Below are positions 63,771 through 64,000 of a stretch of DNA of 64,000 bases, one piece after another (within the stretch, counting starts at the first letter, position 1; the number at the start of each line of letters is the position of its first letter). The position numbers and the translations under genes were made by a program. Source of the stretch: Paraspadella gotoi (lineage: Eukaryota; Animalia; Chaetognatha); NCBI GenBank assembly GCA_051294375.1, contig JBJCIZ010000239.1, positions 3,421,152 through 3,485,151 of the forward strand, read 5' to 3'. Below the pieces are notes generated by a model. The model saw nothing but the letters and a program-made list of their open reading frames with translations. It did no database searches and was not told the DNA's origin.

Positions 63771-64000
63771 CGTTTGTTATTTATCTTTTTATTTCACACA
63801 ATATTACGACTGATTTTATCGATCGATGGAATAATAACATACATACTCATTATAAATATTTTGGTCTTTTATTTTTTTTTATATAGTTTAACCGGGTCTA
63901 CTTATCTTCAGGTGCTAAGATCACGAGGCGGACGTACCAAAAATATTCCAAACACCAATGGGGTAGATGGACACTACGACGAGAACAGACACCGACGAAC

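Overview
AT-rich, microsatellite-rich, gapped draft sequence from an invertebrate animal. It has spliceosomal introns, appears to use the standard code, and shows recurring single-base indels in exons that look like long-read consensus errors. Reconstructable spliced genes are: a type I transmembrane collagen (signal peptide, 94 Gly-X-Y triplets, EGF/SEA-like/EGF, coiled coil, TM); an uncharacterised GT-A-like type II membrane protein; an ionotropic glutamate receptor lacking the amino-terminal domain; a calcineurin B homologous protein; two uncharacterised minus-strand genes sharing a GWKGDFEPSF motif; an ANKRD34/63-like ankyrin gene; and a retroelement-type EEP endonuclease gene interrupted by a MITE that could splice out in frame. 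Introns and spacers hold DINE-1/HINE-like elements, MITEs, and Penelope remnants with minimal hammerheads. The top observation is two distinct dispersed repeat families, each made of a tRNA-like head followed by a circularly permuted (P5-type) twister-ribozyme-like fold. The paired elements differ in sequence between the families but keep pairing, and both replace P1 with a 6-nt near-palindromic linker. All structures were assigned by eye and none has been computed or tested.
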